64,000 bases of DNA from a virus: positions 1-64,000 of IMG/VR virus record IMGVR_UViG_3300035670_000035. One strand, written 5' to 3'. A program made the position numbers and the translations under genes. Of this stretch, positions 1 to 8,844 are shown in pieces (positions within the stretch are counted from its first letter, which is position 1; each line of letters opens with the position of its first letter). The notes under the pieces were generated by a model, which was given only the letters and a program-made list of their open reading frames with translations, ran no database searches and was not told where the DNA came from.

Positions 1-284
1 AACCAATCTTGCATCGAAGGAATACGACCCAAATCTTCTAGCACATGCTGTTCGCCAATCCAGCGAGTAGGAATCTTTTTGCCGTTGGTAGATAATTTGA
101 TCGTGTGACCAAATATCCTCTCACACATAAAGATGCCCTCTGCATGGTGACGCAACGCACGATGGCGAAAGTCTGCCATCATCATCTTGCTCTCATCAAA
201 CCAATCGTGAATCTTCTGATAATCAGATGGGACTCCTCCCCATTTCTTAACAGAAGATAATGAGTGATGGTAAGGATTAGCCAT
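1..284 (-). CDS. DUF6915-like protein (3' end runs off the window)
   Basis: Manual translation MANPYHHSLSSVKKWGG...DFRHRALRHHAEGIF...GEQHVLEDLGRIPS; ATG overlaps the upstream stop (TAATG); not in the ORF track. Confidence 0.75.
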   Translation of the reverse strand, partial: MANPYHHSLSSVKKWGGVPSDYQKIHDWFDESKMMMADFRHRALRHHAEGIFMCERIFGHTIKLSTNGKKIPTRWIGEQHVLEDLGRIPSMQDW

Positions 285-784
285 TAGAATATCTCCTCGG
301 TAGTATTCACGCTTTCGACACGCTCATTAAACTCAAGACTAATCTTGCGATTAAGAACATCAAAGCTGAATGTGCCGTAAGAACCTTCGTTAATTTCCCA
401 ACCCAGATGTTTAGAGGCTAACTTATCATAGCATATCTGGCTAACAAGTTCCTCAACACATCCTTGGCGAGCAGGGAGTTCTTCTAACTTTTTAGTCTTT
501 TCATTCCAGTGATGGCCTGCTTCTAGGCGAGAATTAGGAACTTTGCCAATAGGAGTAGCCACATCTTTGCCCCTATGGTCGAGATATTCTACATCGTTAA
601 TCTGTCCACTATCGCCACAACCATCAAATGTCACATTGATAGTATTGATTCTTGATTCTTGCAAGAAATCAAATAATGCTTTTGCATTACTCTTGACTGC
701 TTCTGCTTTAGTTAAACAATCTTGGGCGATTTGCTGATAGATGTCATCCATCTTCGGCATTTTGATTTTTTTGGTTTTGCTCAT
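284..784 (-). CDS. DUF6878-like protein
   Basis: FDGCGDSGQI and GWEINEGSYGTFSFDV motifs; adjacent to the DUF6915-like gene. Confidence 0.7.
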   Translation of the reverse strand: MSKTKKIKMPKMDDIYQQIAQDCLTKAEAVKSNAKALFDFLQESRINTINVTFDGCGDSGQINDVEYLDHRGKDVATPIGKVPNSRLEAGHHWNEKTKKLEELPARQGCVEELVSQICYDKLASKHLGWEINEGSYGTFSFDVLNRKISLEFNERVESVNTTEEIF

Positions 785-790
785 AATAAG

Positions 791-818
791 AGCATACCAT
801 AAGCTAGATTATTGTCAA
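791..818 (-). promoter_or_regulatory. sigma70-type promoter, leaderless arrangement
   Basis: TTGACA-N16-TATGCT with a TG extension, 6 nt before ATG 784. Confidence 0.7.
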
Positions 819-832
819 GACCCACGCCTATT

Positions 833-1498
833 TTATATTATGAATTTTTCTCCGTAAAATTTTAAAAATTCATCTGTCAATGGGTTAGTTGGAACCTTTG
901 TCATGTCATGAGTAGAGTACACGCACAACCAAACACTTCTTTCTTGTTCGGAATCGTTTTTGCTTGACATGTGAGGAGTATTGCCGTCCCAAACCATCAA
1001 TGAAGATTTTTTAGGTAATGGAATATCCCAATTTCCAGTTTTTTTATTTAATATTGAAATCGGACCATTTTCTGGTGTGAAATCATCTAATACTAAACAA
1101 CATGTGATGGTCTTGAATACTCCTTCTATTGCCAATTGATTATTTGGACCGAATTGATTATCTGTATGAGCGTCAAAATGAAAATCTTCTTTTGGTAATT
1201 TTACCACAATTTGGTCATTGAAAATATAAATGTCTTTGGTTCCTAATAATTGAGTCGCCATATCATACATTTTTTTTGATGTATAATATTGAAATAATAT
1301 TGGAGATTGGGTACTTGCCATTTCAAGTCCTCTCCAATAAGTTGGTAATCCGAAGTTTTTTGATTTACCTATTAAATCATTATCAATTAATTCTTTCTTA
1401 AAATTATAACAAATATCTTTTATTGTTTTTGTATCTTCTTGAGATAAAAAATCTTCAATAACAATATATCCAGTATCATTAAACAAGTCTACATTCAT
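833..1498 (-). CDS. Phytanoyl-CoA dioxygenase family 2OG-Fe(II) oxygenase
   Basis: GY(I)VIEDFLS N-terminus, HxD (AHTD), distal H (PHMS) and R (QERSV). Confidence 0.8.
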   Translation of the reverse strand: MNVDLFNDTGYIVIEDFLSQEDTKTIKDICYNFKKELIDNDLIGKSKNFGLPTYWRGLEMASTQSPILFQYYTSKKMYDMATQLLGTKDIYIFNDQIVVKLPKEDFHFDAHTDNQFGPNNQLAIEGVFKTITCCLVLDDFTPENGPISILNKKTGNWDIPLPKKSSLMVWDGNTPHMSSKNDSEQERSVWLCVYSTHDMTKVPTNPLTDEFLKFYGEKFII

Positions 1499-1681
1499 TT
1501 CTTTCGTTTTTTATTTCGGCGACCAAAGATATCACACTTATAATCAAACAACTTACCACATACCCAATAAGTGCTATACATCGATATCCAAAGTACAATT
1601 GCTAATCCTATCATTCTTATTTGAGGCATTTCAATTAAATTTTCAGTTACAATAGATAACATATATTTTATAATCCTTTAT

Positions 1682-1888
1682 TTACAAATATCTAGATAGT
1701 GCTTTGGTACTAACTTTATTTAAAACTTTTTCTAATTGATAAACAACATTTTCATAACCATAGCTTTGTCTGTGCTTTACCTCTGAGATTTTATCTACAA
1801 GACAATCTTGAATTAATCGCCAATCATCTAGAGTAACATCGCTAGACCAGTTATTTGGGAGAATTCCAGAAGCGTTTATTTGGTTCAT
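1682..1888 (-). CDS. hypothetical protein
   Basis: ORF co-oriented with the array; no recognised motif. Confidence 0.6.
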   Translation of the reverse strand: MNQINASGILPNNWSSDVTLDDWRLIQDCLVDKISEVKHRQSYGYENVVYQLEKVLNKVSTKALSRYL

Positions 1889-2038
1889 AGGCTTAGTTTA
1901 TTTTATTTATTTAGTTTAGTCAATTTGTTTTTTAGTTCTGTTAAATCATTATATGTTAATGGGAATTCGTGAGAGTCTACCATATCAACGGCACATTGAA
2001 TTGCATATATATACTTATTTAAATCTTGTTTATTTAAC

Positions 2039-2281
2039 TTAAGCTCTGCTGTATTTTTTGCCATAAGAATAGTATCTGCTAATTTTAGAAGTAGTCAAGT
2101 GCTTTTTATTTCGCTTCTTAAAAGTCTTATATCTTTTATTTATTTTTTGTTTCTTATTTAGCCAATAATGAATAGGCTTTGTATCAATATAATAATATTT
2201 GGATCTAATGTATCCAATAATAGGAATAGCCGCCGATACTAGCAAGCTCAACACAAACAAATAAGCATATAGTTGATTCAT
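2039..2281 (-). CDS. hypothetical membrane-anchored protein
   Basis: N-terminal hydrophobic helix and basic tail; abuts 2284..2520. Confidence 0.55.
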   Translation of the reverse strand: MNQLYAYLFVLSLLVSAAIPIIGYIRSKYYYIDTKPIHYWLNKKQKINKRYKTFKKRNKKHLTTSKISRYYSYGKKYSRA

Positions 2282-2283
2282 AT

Positions 2284-2520
2284 TTAATAATATTGCTCTA
2301 GTTTATTTAGTATGTCAAGTGTTATATTTTTATATTCGTCTTTTAAATTGGCACTATGTTTATTTAAGATAGCTTGAATACTATTATTTTTGAAACATTT
2401 CATAGCATTTAAGTTCATTTCATATGGCATATTTTTACTATCCCATTCACTATTACAACAATAAAACAAATAAGCTAATTCATCTTCGGTCAATGCTTTT
2501 ATTTGATTGTTATTAATCAT
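2284..2520 (-). CDS. hypothetical protein
   Basis: ORF downstream of a consensus promoter and structured leader. Confidence 0.65.
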   Translation of the reverse strand: MINNNQIKALTEDELAYLFYCCNSEWDSKNMPYEMNLNAMKCFKNNSIQAILNKHSANLKDEYKNITLDILNKLEQYY

Positions 2521-2604
2521 TATTTAAGAAGGTGGTTTTCGCAATCTGGAAGGGGTCTAACAGATAGCAGGTTCACCACAAACCTTGGGTTTCACGGTTT
2601 AATT

Positions 2605-2633
2605 ATTATATTCTAAATTATTTATTTAATCAA
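2605..2633 (-). promoter_or_regulatory. sigma70-type promoter
   Basis: TTGATT-N17-TATAAT. Confidence 0.7.
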
Positions 2634-2671
2634 CAAAAAGTCGCAAATAAAGCTAAAATAAATTAAACAGT

Positions 2672-3118
2672 TCAAAAGTAATCATTACAAGACTTAATAT
2701 TATTTAGTGCTTTGCGAGTAATCTTCCATCCTAAAACGGATAATACATCCTCGAATTTGGGTAATTGTTTATTTTCTTCTAAATCTTTAGTTTTTACTAT
2801 TGCCATAAGTATCATAGGATTCAATATAGTGCCATATTCAGTATCAGATATATTAATTGTTATAAAGTTGCAGTTATATTTAATAGTTATAAACTTATCA
2901 CAAGTATCGGCGTATATTATTATTTGTTTATTAATTATTATTTCATTCTTATCTAGCAATTTACTATTATAAGAATAATAATCGGCACTAGTTAATTTAA
3001 TGTTCTTATATTTATCAAATGATTTTTGATTTACTATAACCCAACCTTTTCTTATATTTTTACTTACTTTATATTCTTTATAGAAAGAGTCTATATTTTC
3101 TATACCTTCAAATGACAT
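2672..3118 (-). CDS. hypothetical protein
   Basis: 148 aa ORF co-oriented with the array. Confidence 0.6.
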   Translation of the reverse strand: MSFEGIENIDSFYKEYKVSKNIRKGWVIVNQKSFDKYKNIKLTSADYYSYNSKLLDKNEIIINKQIIIYADTCDKFITIKYNCNFITINISDTEYGTILNPMILMAIVKTKDLEENKQLPKFEDVLSVLGWKITRKALNNIKSCNDYF

Positions 3119-3345
3119 ATCTTATTATAATAGTATTACTTCATTATTGCGACTAATTCTGTTAGTATTTCTATACCTATTAATATCCATAGTATATAAA
3201 GACTTCTTTTTAGCCATTTTTCTGTTCTTTTATCTAGATATTTTAGTTTCTTTGCTATGTATTCCACATTATAAGCTACACAAGATAAGAATAATATAAA
3301 TTATTTAAAATTTGCTATTGACTTATTTGGAAATATAAATTATAG

Positions 3346-3570
3346 TCAAACCCCTTTAACACCCTTATATTTAGTATATTTATTGTTCTTCTTTATATCA
3401 TTCCAGCTATTTACTAGAGTAGATTTCATATATAGATAACTATAAACTAATAGGAGAGGAATACTTAATCCTATAAAGAGTAATACTCCCAATAATAGCA
3501 TAATAGGCTTAAATTCATAGTTTCCTATGCTCATTTCACTACCTAACAAAGACCTAATCTTATCTTTCAT
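3346..3570 (-). CDS. small membrane protein
   Basis: One hydrophobic helix; AAAGGA upstream of the ATG. Confidence 0.55.
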   Translation of the reverse strand: MKDKIRSLLGSEMSIGNYEFKPIMLLLGVLLFIGLSIPLLLVYSYLYMKSTLVNSWNDIKKNNKYTKYKGVKGV

Positions 3571-3595
3571 AGTCCTTTATAATATATCCTTTCTT

Positions 3596-3757
3596 TTATT
3601 TATCGCCTCTACGCTTAATATACATCTTAATCTTATTTAAAACAAGCAGAATATATGCACTTAGCCCCAAGATACCTACTACTAGTGCAGTAAGGGCTAT
3701 TGAAGCTATTAACAGGATAATCGTGCCTTCTATACTAGAACCAAAGTAAATATACAT
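3596..3757 (-). CDS. small membrane protein (53 aa)
   Basis: Manual translation MYIYFGSSIEGTIILLIASIALTALVVGILGLSAYILLVLNKIKMYIKRRGDK; starts 1 nt after the upstream stop. Confidence 0.55.
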   Translation of the reverse strand: MYIYFGSSIEGTIILLIASIALTALVVGILGLSAYILLVLNKIKMYIKRRGDK

Positions 3758-3758
3758 A

Positions 3759-3857
3759 TTATTTTTTATCCCTTTTAAAAAGAGCAGTTATAACCCCACA
3801 TATAAAATTAATAAAACCTATATAAACATCAAGTAATAAGGTAAATAAGAAGTTCAT
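3759..3857 (-). CDS. small membrane peptide (32 aa)
   Basis: MNFLFTLLLDVYIGFINFICGVITALFKRDKK; ATGA overlap with the upstream ORF. Confidence 0.5.
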   Translation of the reverse strand: MNFLFTLLLDVYIGFINFICGVITALFKRDKK

Positions 3858-3931
3858 CTTTTAAACTCTATAAGAAAACATATAATAAACATAACCGCAA
3901 AAGCTCCTATTATAAATTGAATACTATTCAT
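3854..3931 (-). CDS. small membrane peptide (25 aa)
   Basis: MNSIQFIIGAFAVMFIICFLIEFKR; its TGA overlaps the next ATG. Confidence 0.45.
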   Translation of the reverse strand: MNSIQFIIGAFAVMFIICFLIEFKR

Positions 3932-4084
3932 ATCTTTTTTAGAATATCCTTTATATCCTTTTTTGAAAAGCCAAATTGTAAGATTTTAGTCAATACTGCC
4001 ACAAGATAGTGCTTCTCAGACTTCTTCAATTTCTTGGCCTTTTTCTTAAATTTAGCCATTTTTTACCTCGCCCAAGCCTTATAT

Positions 4085-4306
4085 TTATTCATACCCCGCT
4101 TTTCTATCATTTTCTTCTTCTTCTGCAATTTCACGCCTATAATCTTCAATTTCTGTGATAGTATCATCTGCTGGCATATATTCAAATAACAAATCTACTA
4201 GATCGCTTACAGAGCTATGATAGTATAAGCTATAAATATACTCTTGCTCATCTTCATTAAGAGTTTGCATATATTCTTTTAGATTCTTGAATTTATTTTT
4301 GCTCAT
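4085..4306 (-). CDS. hypothetical acidic protein
   Basis: ORF with a TTGACC/-10-like element just upstream. Confidence 0.65.
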   Translation of the reverse strand: MSKNKFKNLKEYMQTLNEDEQEYIYSLYYHSSVSDLVDLLFEYMPADDTITEIEDYRREIAEEEENDRKAGYE

Positions 4307-4519
4307 AAGGTATAGTATCTACCAATTTTATTACTTGGTCAATCTCTTTTGCAAAATTTTCTGATGGGTGATTATGGTAATAGTCTTTTAATGCTCTAAA
4401 AACTATGTTAAATTGTTCTTCATTTAGAATAAATGTTTTAGTTTTCACTATTATTTGATATAAGATAAACAAACCAAAAGAAAAATGCTGTGATAGCTAA
4501 TGGAACGATCAATCCCATA

Positions 4520-4771
4520 TTAGTAGATATTTTCTACAAAATGGATAGCTTCTTCTCTAACATACCATTCCCAATTTTCTCCTACCACAAGACAATAATG
4601 TTCAGAGTTCGGAACACTACTAATCTTACCATAGAATTGAGTGCCTTGAATTTGAAACATAACTTCCTTACCAATATTCTTTTCCATTATTTCAATTTTG
4701 GCCTTGTCGTTCACAGAATTATCCGCAGTTTGAGGATATTTCGCATCGTAGTTTAATGGGTTTGCGTTCAT
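4520..4771 (-). CDS. hypothetical protein
   Basis: ATGA overlap with the MazG-like gene. Confidence 0.65.
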   Translation of the reverse strand: MNANPLNYDAKYPQTADNSVNDKAKIEIMEKNIGKEVMFQIQGTQFYGKISSVPNSEHYCLVVGENWEWYVREEAIHFVENIY

Positions 4772-5103
4772 CGGTTGTCTCCACTTCCTTTTATTTTACC
4801 TCTATTCATACGATCTTGCAATTTAATTAAATTAGATTTTGCAACATCTCCTAAATTAACTCCTAGTTCGTCAGCTATATTAGCACAATACCAAAGAACA
4901 TCGCCAAGTTCAGAGTAAATGTCCGCTTTAGCTTCTTTGGATAATTTTCCATCGTTGTCTCGCATTATTTTCTTTACTTTATTAGCAATCTCACCAGCTT
5001 CGCCAACAAGACCTAAAGTAGTATAATATAATCCTTGGTTCTTAAAGATTCTAGGATAAAAAGCTGTTCTACTAGCATTAGTCTGATAGTTATTAAAGGT
5101 CAT
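4768..5103 (-). CDS. MazG-like nucleotide pyrophosphohydrolase
   Basis: LGLVGEAGEIANKVKK and ELGDVLWY motifs. Confidence 0.9.
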   Translation of the reverse strand: MTFNNYQTNASRTAFYPRIFKNQGLYYTTLGLVGEAGEIANKVKKIMRDNDGKLSKEAKADIYSELGDVLWYCANIADELGVNLGDVAKSNLIKLQDRMNRGKIKGSGDNR

Positions 5104-5336
5104 TTCTTTTTCTTATTTTTATTCTTTTCGGCAATTTCTTTCGCAAGCTCTAATCCTTTAATTAGTGCATAATTAAATCCAATATTAATAAACTGGTCAT
5201 CGGTAATAACTTGCTTGCCAAGATCAAGAAAATAATCTCTATTGTGTTCGCTCATATCTACATCAACATCATAAACATTCTTTTTCTTAAACTTACCGAT
5301 TTTAAGATAACTAGGGTCTTTAATTTTTGCTTTCAT
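5100..5336 (-). CDS. hypothetical protein
   Basis: Overlapping operon-like spacing. Confidence 0.65.
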   Translation of the reverse strand: MKAKIKDPSYLKIGKFKKKNVYDVDVDMSEHNRDYFLDLGKQVITDDQFINIGFNYALIKGLELAKEIAEKNKNKKKK

Positions 5337-5514
5337 AGTTTTCCTCCTCTGTAAATGCTTCTACTCTATCTAAATGAAAACCGCATCCACGAAGAAAGTC
5401 TGTAAATCTCTCACAAATATCTTTAAGAACAAAGTCATTAGTTTCAAGAGTATTATTGATCTCTTTACCATTTGCATCTTTAAATGTATGCGAAAATGTA
5501 AATTTTTGGTTCAC
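5320..5514 (-). CDS. hypothetical phage protein
   Basis: FTDFLRGCGF motif; overlapping operon spacing. Confidence 0.65.
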   Translation of the reverse strand: MNQKFTFSHTFKDANGKEINNTLETNDFVLKDICERFTDFLRGCGFHLDRVEAFTEEENYESKN

Positions 5515-5696
5515 ACTTTTATCTTCCTATTTTTTCCATCTTTTGTCAATAGTAATTTACTACGCATCTTTTCAAATTTTTTAATTACAATAGGATTATC
5601 TACATTTCTTAATGCCATATCAATAGCGTAAATCAATGATATTTTATCATCAGAACCCAACTGATGAAGTTCTGGAGTTATTCGCAAGCTACTCAT
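5511..5696 (-). CDS. hypothetical protein
   Basis: 4-nt start/stop overlaps on both sides. Confidence 0.65.
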   Translation of the reverse strand: MSSLRITPELHQLGSDDKISLIYAIDMALRNVDNPIVIKKFEKMRSKLLLTKDGKNRKIKV

Positions 5697-5890
5697 TCTG
5701 AATTGCCTTTACTTTTAAAACAAAAGATTTTGCTAGTCCAATCAAAGTTTTTGGCTGGATAACCTTTTATATTTAATTTTGGAAGTGGCTTTTCCATCAT
5801 AGCAAGCATTTGATCTAGTTTCTTTTCCATACGATCTAGAATTTGATTAATTTCTTCAAATTGTTTTAATTGTTCTTTTGTATATTTCAT
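5693..5890 (-). CDS. hypothetical protein
   Basis: Abuts neighbouring ORFs. Confidence 0.6.
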   Translation of the reverse strand: MKYTKEQLKQFEEINQILDRMEKKLDQMLAMMEKPLPKLNIKGYPAKNFDWTSKIFCFKSKGNSE

Positions 5891-5891
5891 A

Positions 5892-6128
5892 TTAATATTT
5901 TGTGTTGAATACCTTTATATTCATATTAGGGTCTTTTTGGCCGTTGTCAAGTGTGTTATACTTGGAGTTATAAAAACTCTGACTATCCTCATCCATACCA
6001 ACAGGAAACCAACCTTCTTTTTCTTGAACCTTATCTACATTCGCACAACCAATAAAAAAAAATGTAAGAAGAATCCAAGCAATAACTACCATAACAAAAG
6101 CAACTGCTCTACGAAAATTAAACGCCAT
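5892..6128 (-). CDS. putative lipoprotein
   Basis: Basic N-terminus, hydrophobic stretch and lipobox-like FIGC. Confidence 0.5.
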   Translation of the reverse strand: MAFNFRRAVAFVMVVIAWILLTFFFIGCANVDKVQEKEGWFPVGMDEDSQSFYNSKYNTLDNGQKDPNMNIKVFNTKY

Positions 6129-6300
6129 CTCTTAATCCAATCGTTTGAGAGATTATTTTATTTTCTTTTGCTTCAATAATTTCTACTACATTTAATCTTG
6201 CCTCTTGGCAAGGAGAGAAATTACAGAACCAAGCTATGAAAAATATATCTATTGGCGACCACATAAATCTACTTTATATTAAATTTAAATTTGTGGCAAA

Positions 6301-6516
6301 TTATTTTTTAAACTTTTTCTTAAACGCTTCTTTTCTTTCGTGTCTACTTACTTTATCTTCCTTGATGGTCTTACCATTAATAAGATTATTTAACCAACGC
6401 ATTGTGGGTAAAGACTTTGCGTATGCTTCTCCAACAAGCGGAAGTAGTCTATCATACGCTTCTTTTGCGGTAATCTTTTTTGTTCTAACAGATTGTTTTG
6501 TTTGTAATGTTGTCAT
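6301..6516 (-). CDS. hypothetical basic protein
   Basis: ORF co-oriented with the array. Confidence 0.6.
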   Translation of the reverse strand: MTTLQTKQSVRTKKITAKEAYDRLLPLVGEAYAKSLPTMRWLNNLINGKTIKEDKVSRHERKEAFKKKFKK

Positions 6517-6530
6517 AGTTTAAAAATATA

Positions 6531-6564
6531 AATAGGGCATCGGGGATTAGCCCAATGCCCTATT
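6531..6564 (-). terminator. intrinsic terminator-like hairpin
   Basis: 10-bp inverted repeat AATAGGGCAT/ATGCCCTATT followed by a T-rich tract on the minus strand, just after the stop at 6570. Confidence 0.7.
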
Positions 6565-6569
6565 ATTAA

Positions 6570-6731
6570 CTACTTGGTCGAGACAGAAACTACTTGACCA
6601 CCAGTTTTATTAGCGAAACGCTTGCTGGCAATCTTCGCACCACGAAGGGTAGGATAGCTCTTTGGAGCTACAACTACTTGTCCGTTGGTAGCTTTTACTG
6701 ACCAAGTGTATTGGGTTTGAGTTGTATTCAT
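6570..6731 (-). CDS. small DUF1508/YegP-like protein (53 aa)
   Basis: Manual translation ...YTWSVKATNGQVVVAPKSYPTLRGAK...; has its own promoter and terminator. Confidence 0.55.
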   Translation of the reverse strand: MNTTQTQYTWSVKATNGQVVVAPKSYPTLRGAKIASKRFANKTGGQVVSVSTK

Positions 6732-6737
6732 ATTAAT

Positions 6738-6766
6738 ATACTAATAGATATTTATAATAATGTCAA
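6738..6766 (-). promoter_or_regulatory. sigma70-type promoter, leaderless arrangement
   Basis: TTGACA-N17-TAGTAT-N6-ATG. Confidence 0.75.
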
Positions 6767-6776
6767 TATATATTTA

Positions 6777-6974
6777 TTATTTTTTCTTAAATTTTTCTTC
6801 TTTTAGTTCTTCAGTAGCATCTTCTTTATTAAAGATTCTACTCTTTACAGATTTAAGCCTCTTTCCTGTGATATCTTCTCCACGCTTTAAGTTTCCCCAA
6901 GGATTCATACCAGAGTTTTTAAGATTATTCTGAAACATCCTTATCGCTTTTAATTCTTGTTTTGTTAGTGCCAT
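6777..6974 (-). CDS. hypothetical basic protein
   Basis: ORF with AAGGAA upstream. Confidence 0.6.
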   Translation of the reverse strand: MALTKQELKAIRMFQNNLKNSGMNPWGNLKRGEDITGKRLKSVKSRIFNKEDATEELKEEKFKKK

Positions 6975-7093
6975 AATTTTTCCTTTATACGAAGTTTTTT
7001 ACAAAACTGCAAATAAAAATTAATGTTATTATCAGTATTATAAATTCTTCCATTTCAAGCTATTATACATCATCTTAAATTCCTGTGCAAGAG

Positions 7094-7264
7094 TTATTTG
7101 CGTTTCTTTTTATTTTTCTTTTTCTTTTCTTGTTCCTCTTGCCATTTCTTAAATTGCTCTAATCGGACTTCTAATCTTCCAACAGAAAACCAGTCGTTTT
7201 GACTCTTGGCTTCTTCAATATAAGCCTCGATTTCTTCTACCGAATTGTATTGCCCAAACATCAT
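7094..7264 (-). CDS. hypothetical protein (56 aa, Lys-rich tail)
   Basis: Manual translation MMFGQYNSVEEIEAYIEEAK...KKNKKKRK; promoter 6 nt upstream. Confidence 0.6.
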   Translation of the reverse strand: MMFGQYNSVEEIEAYIEEAKSQNDWFSVGRLEVRLEQFKKWQEEQEKKKKNKKKRK

Positions 7265-7270
7265 TATTTA

Positions 7271-7299
7271 AATTTAATTTAAATTCTTTTTTGTGTCAA
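7271..7299 (-). promoter_or_regulatory. sigma70-type promoter with 16-nt AT box
   Basis: TTGACA-N17-TAAATT-N6-ATG. Confidence 0.7.
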
Positions 7300-7360
7300 A
7301 TATTATTTTTTACAACGACAACCAGAACAACCACACCCTAGCTTAACACCAAACAACAAC

Positions 7361-7594
7361 TTAAACGCTTTTTTTAGTTTTTTTAGCACTTTTCTTTTTG
7401 GCTTTCTTTTTCTTTGGTTTGATTTCAACTTCTTCTAATTCTACTTCTTCTTTAGAAATTTCACGATCTAGTTTCCACATAGCAATCTTATCTTGAACAT
7501 CCCAAATTGCATTTTTTACGCTAAACTTAACAGAATCAATAGAATCCACGATTTTATATTTAATATCATCAATAAGATCAATTAGCCAGTTCAT
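7361..7594 (-). CDS. hypothetical protein with Lys-rich tail
   Basis: GGAG upstream; co-oriented. Confidence 0.65.
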   Translation of the reverse strand: MNWLIDLIDDIKYKIVDSIDSVKFSVKNAIWDVQDKIAMWKLDREISKEEVELEEVEIKPKKKKAKKKSAKKTKKSV

Positions 7595-7679
7595 ACGAAC
7601 CTAACTCCAAAAATGCTACCGAGGATAAAACAAGCGGAAATAATTAAAAGTTCCATAAGTTCCTTACTTACCATTACAC

Positions 7680-7883
7680 CTAATTTTTAGCCTTTTCCTT
7701 GAATTTTTTATTATGCTCTAGAACATCATCTAGATATTTGTTAATCATATTTTTAATGGTGCGTTCTTTTTCGTGATCTTTATGAAAATAAGTTTTATCT
7801 AATTTTAATAGCTCATCTCGCCAATGATTTAAACTAGCGATATGCTCTGATAGGAATTGAATTTTAGGCTTCTTGGATGGCAT
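7680..7883 (-). CDS. hypothetical protein
   Basis: Overlaps the upstream ORF end. Confidence 0.6.
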   Translation of the reverse strand: MPSKKPKIQFLSEHIASLNHWRDELLKLDKTYFHKDHEKERTIKNMINKYLDDVLEHNKKFKEKAKN

Positions 7884-8247
7884 TTTTTACCTCTGTTTTC
7901 CATATTTTAACAATATTTTCTGTATCTGCAACATCATAATATTTATTACTTCTTAAAAGATAAAATGTTTTTTCTGATGATTCTATCCTATTAGAGATTT
8001 TCTTGAATCCTTCTTTTAATTCTTCTTTATTTCTATAATAATAGCTCTGCATATAAGGATTTTGGCTTTGATCGGTCATTATACTTTGAGTTAAAAGATA
8101 ACCATTATGTTCATCTTTTTGACACAAAAGAACATTCTTATATTTTTCTTTAGAGTAAATATCAGAAAATTCCTTTGATAGATTTAAATGAAAAACACAA
8201 TTATGATAATATACGCCAAAGAAACTGACGCTATCATCAATAATCAT
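7864..8247 (-). CDS. hypothetical protein
   Basis: Starts 3 nt after the 3D-gene stop. Confidence 0.6.
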   Translation of the reverse strand: MIIDDSVSFFGVYYHNCVFHLNLSKEFSDIYSKEKYKNVLLCQKDEHNGYLLTQSIMTDQSQNPYMQSYYYRNKEELKEGFKKISNRIESSEKTFYLLRSNKYYDVADTENIVKIWKTEVKNAIQEA

Positions 8248-8250
8248 ATA

Positions 8251-8730
8251 CTATATTCTATCAAAAACTTTTACTTTTACAATCTTTGGATTATTATTAG
8301 CAAATCTTTCGGCATCTTTTTTATGCAAAAAGAAAATATCAATAACAGGATATTTGCCTTTGCTTGCTTTCTTTTGTATAACCGCTGTTCCAGTATCGTG
8401 AGCATACCTAAATCCAACATTAGGAATATAAACTCTACTAAAATAAGGGATAACTCTTGGGTCTACGGCAACTGAAACATTAGGTTTAAGTCTAACTCCA
8501 GTAGAGCTTTGACGCTTTGCACTCCAACTATCAGTATCGCCACCTTTTGCCCAATAAGTAGTAAGACGAACCTTGATTTCTTTTTTAGGTATAATAGATT
8601 TTACAAAGCGTTCAGCCTTAACGCATCTTTCAGCAACTTCTTTATAAGGAGTTGATGGTGCTTTGATTTCGTTATGGAATAGTCCCAACGAAAGAACGCT
8701 AATCAGTATTAATCTGCATAGTATTTGCAT
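8251..8730 (-). CDS. 3D-domain (MltA-like) cell-wall-associated protein with signal peptide
   Basis: VAVDPRVIP, AHDTGTAV and IDIF three-Asp motifs; AGGAGG Shine-Dalgarno. Confidence 0.8.
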   Translation of the reverse strand: MQILCRLILISVLSLGLFHNEIKAPSTPYKEVAERCVKAERFVKSIIPKKEIKVRLTTYWAKGGDTDSWSAKRQSSTGVRLKPNVSVAVDPRVIPYFSRVYIPNVGFRYAHDTGTAVIQKKASKGKYPVIDIFFLHKKDAERFANNNPKIVKVKVFDRI

Positions 8731-8750
8731 AACTTGTCCTCCTAGAATTA

Positions 8751-8779
8751 AATTTAATTTAAATTAAAAAAAATGTCAA
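8751..8779 (-). promoter_or_regulatory. sigma70-type promoter with 16-nt AT box
   Basis: TTGACA-N17-TAAATT, followed by a short leader carrying AGGAGG. Confidence 0.7.
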
Positions 8780-8800
8780 GCCAGATTAACTTCTTCTGGC
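8780..8800 (-). terminator. short hairpin immediately upstream of the 3D-gene promoter
   Basis: GCCAGA/TCTGGC 6-bp stem followed by TTGACATTTTTTTT. Confidence 0.4.
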
Positions 8801-8844
8801 GACTAAGAAACTCCTATTATAATTATTAGACTTCATAACAAATA

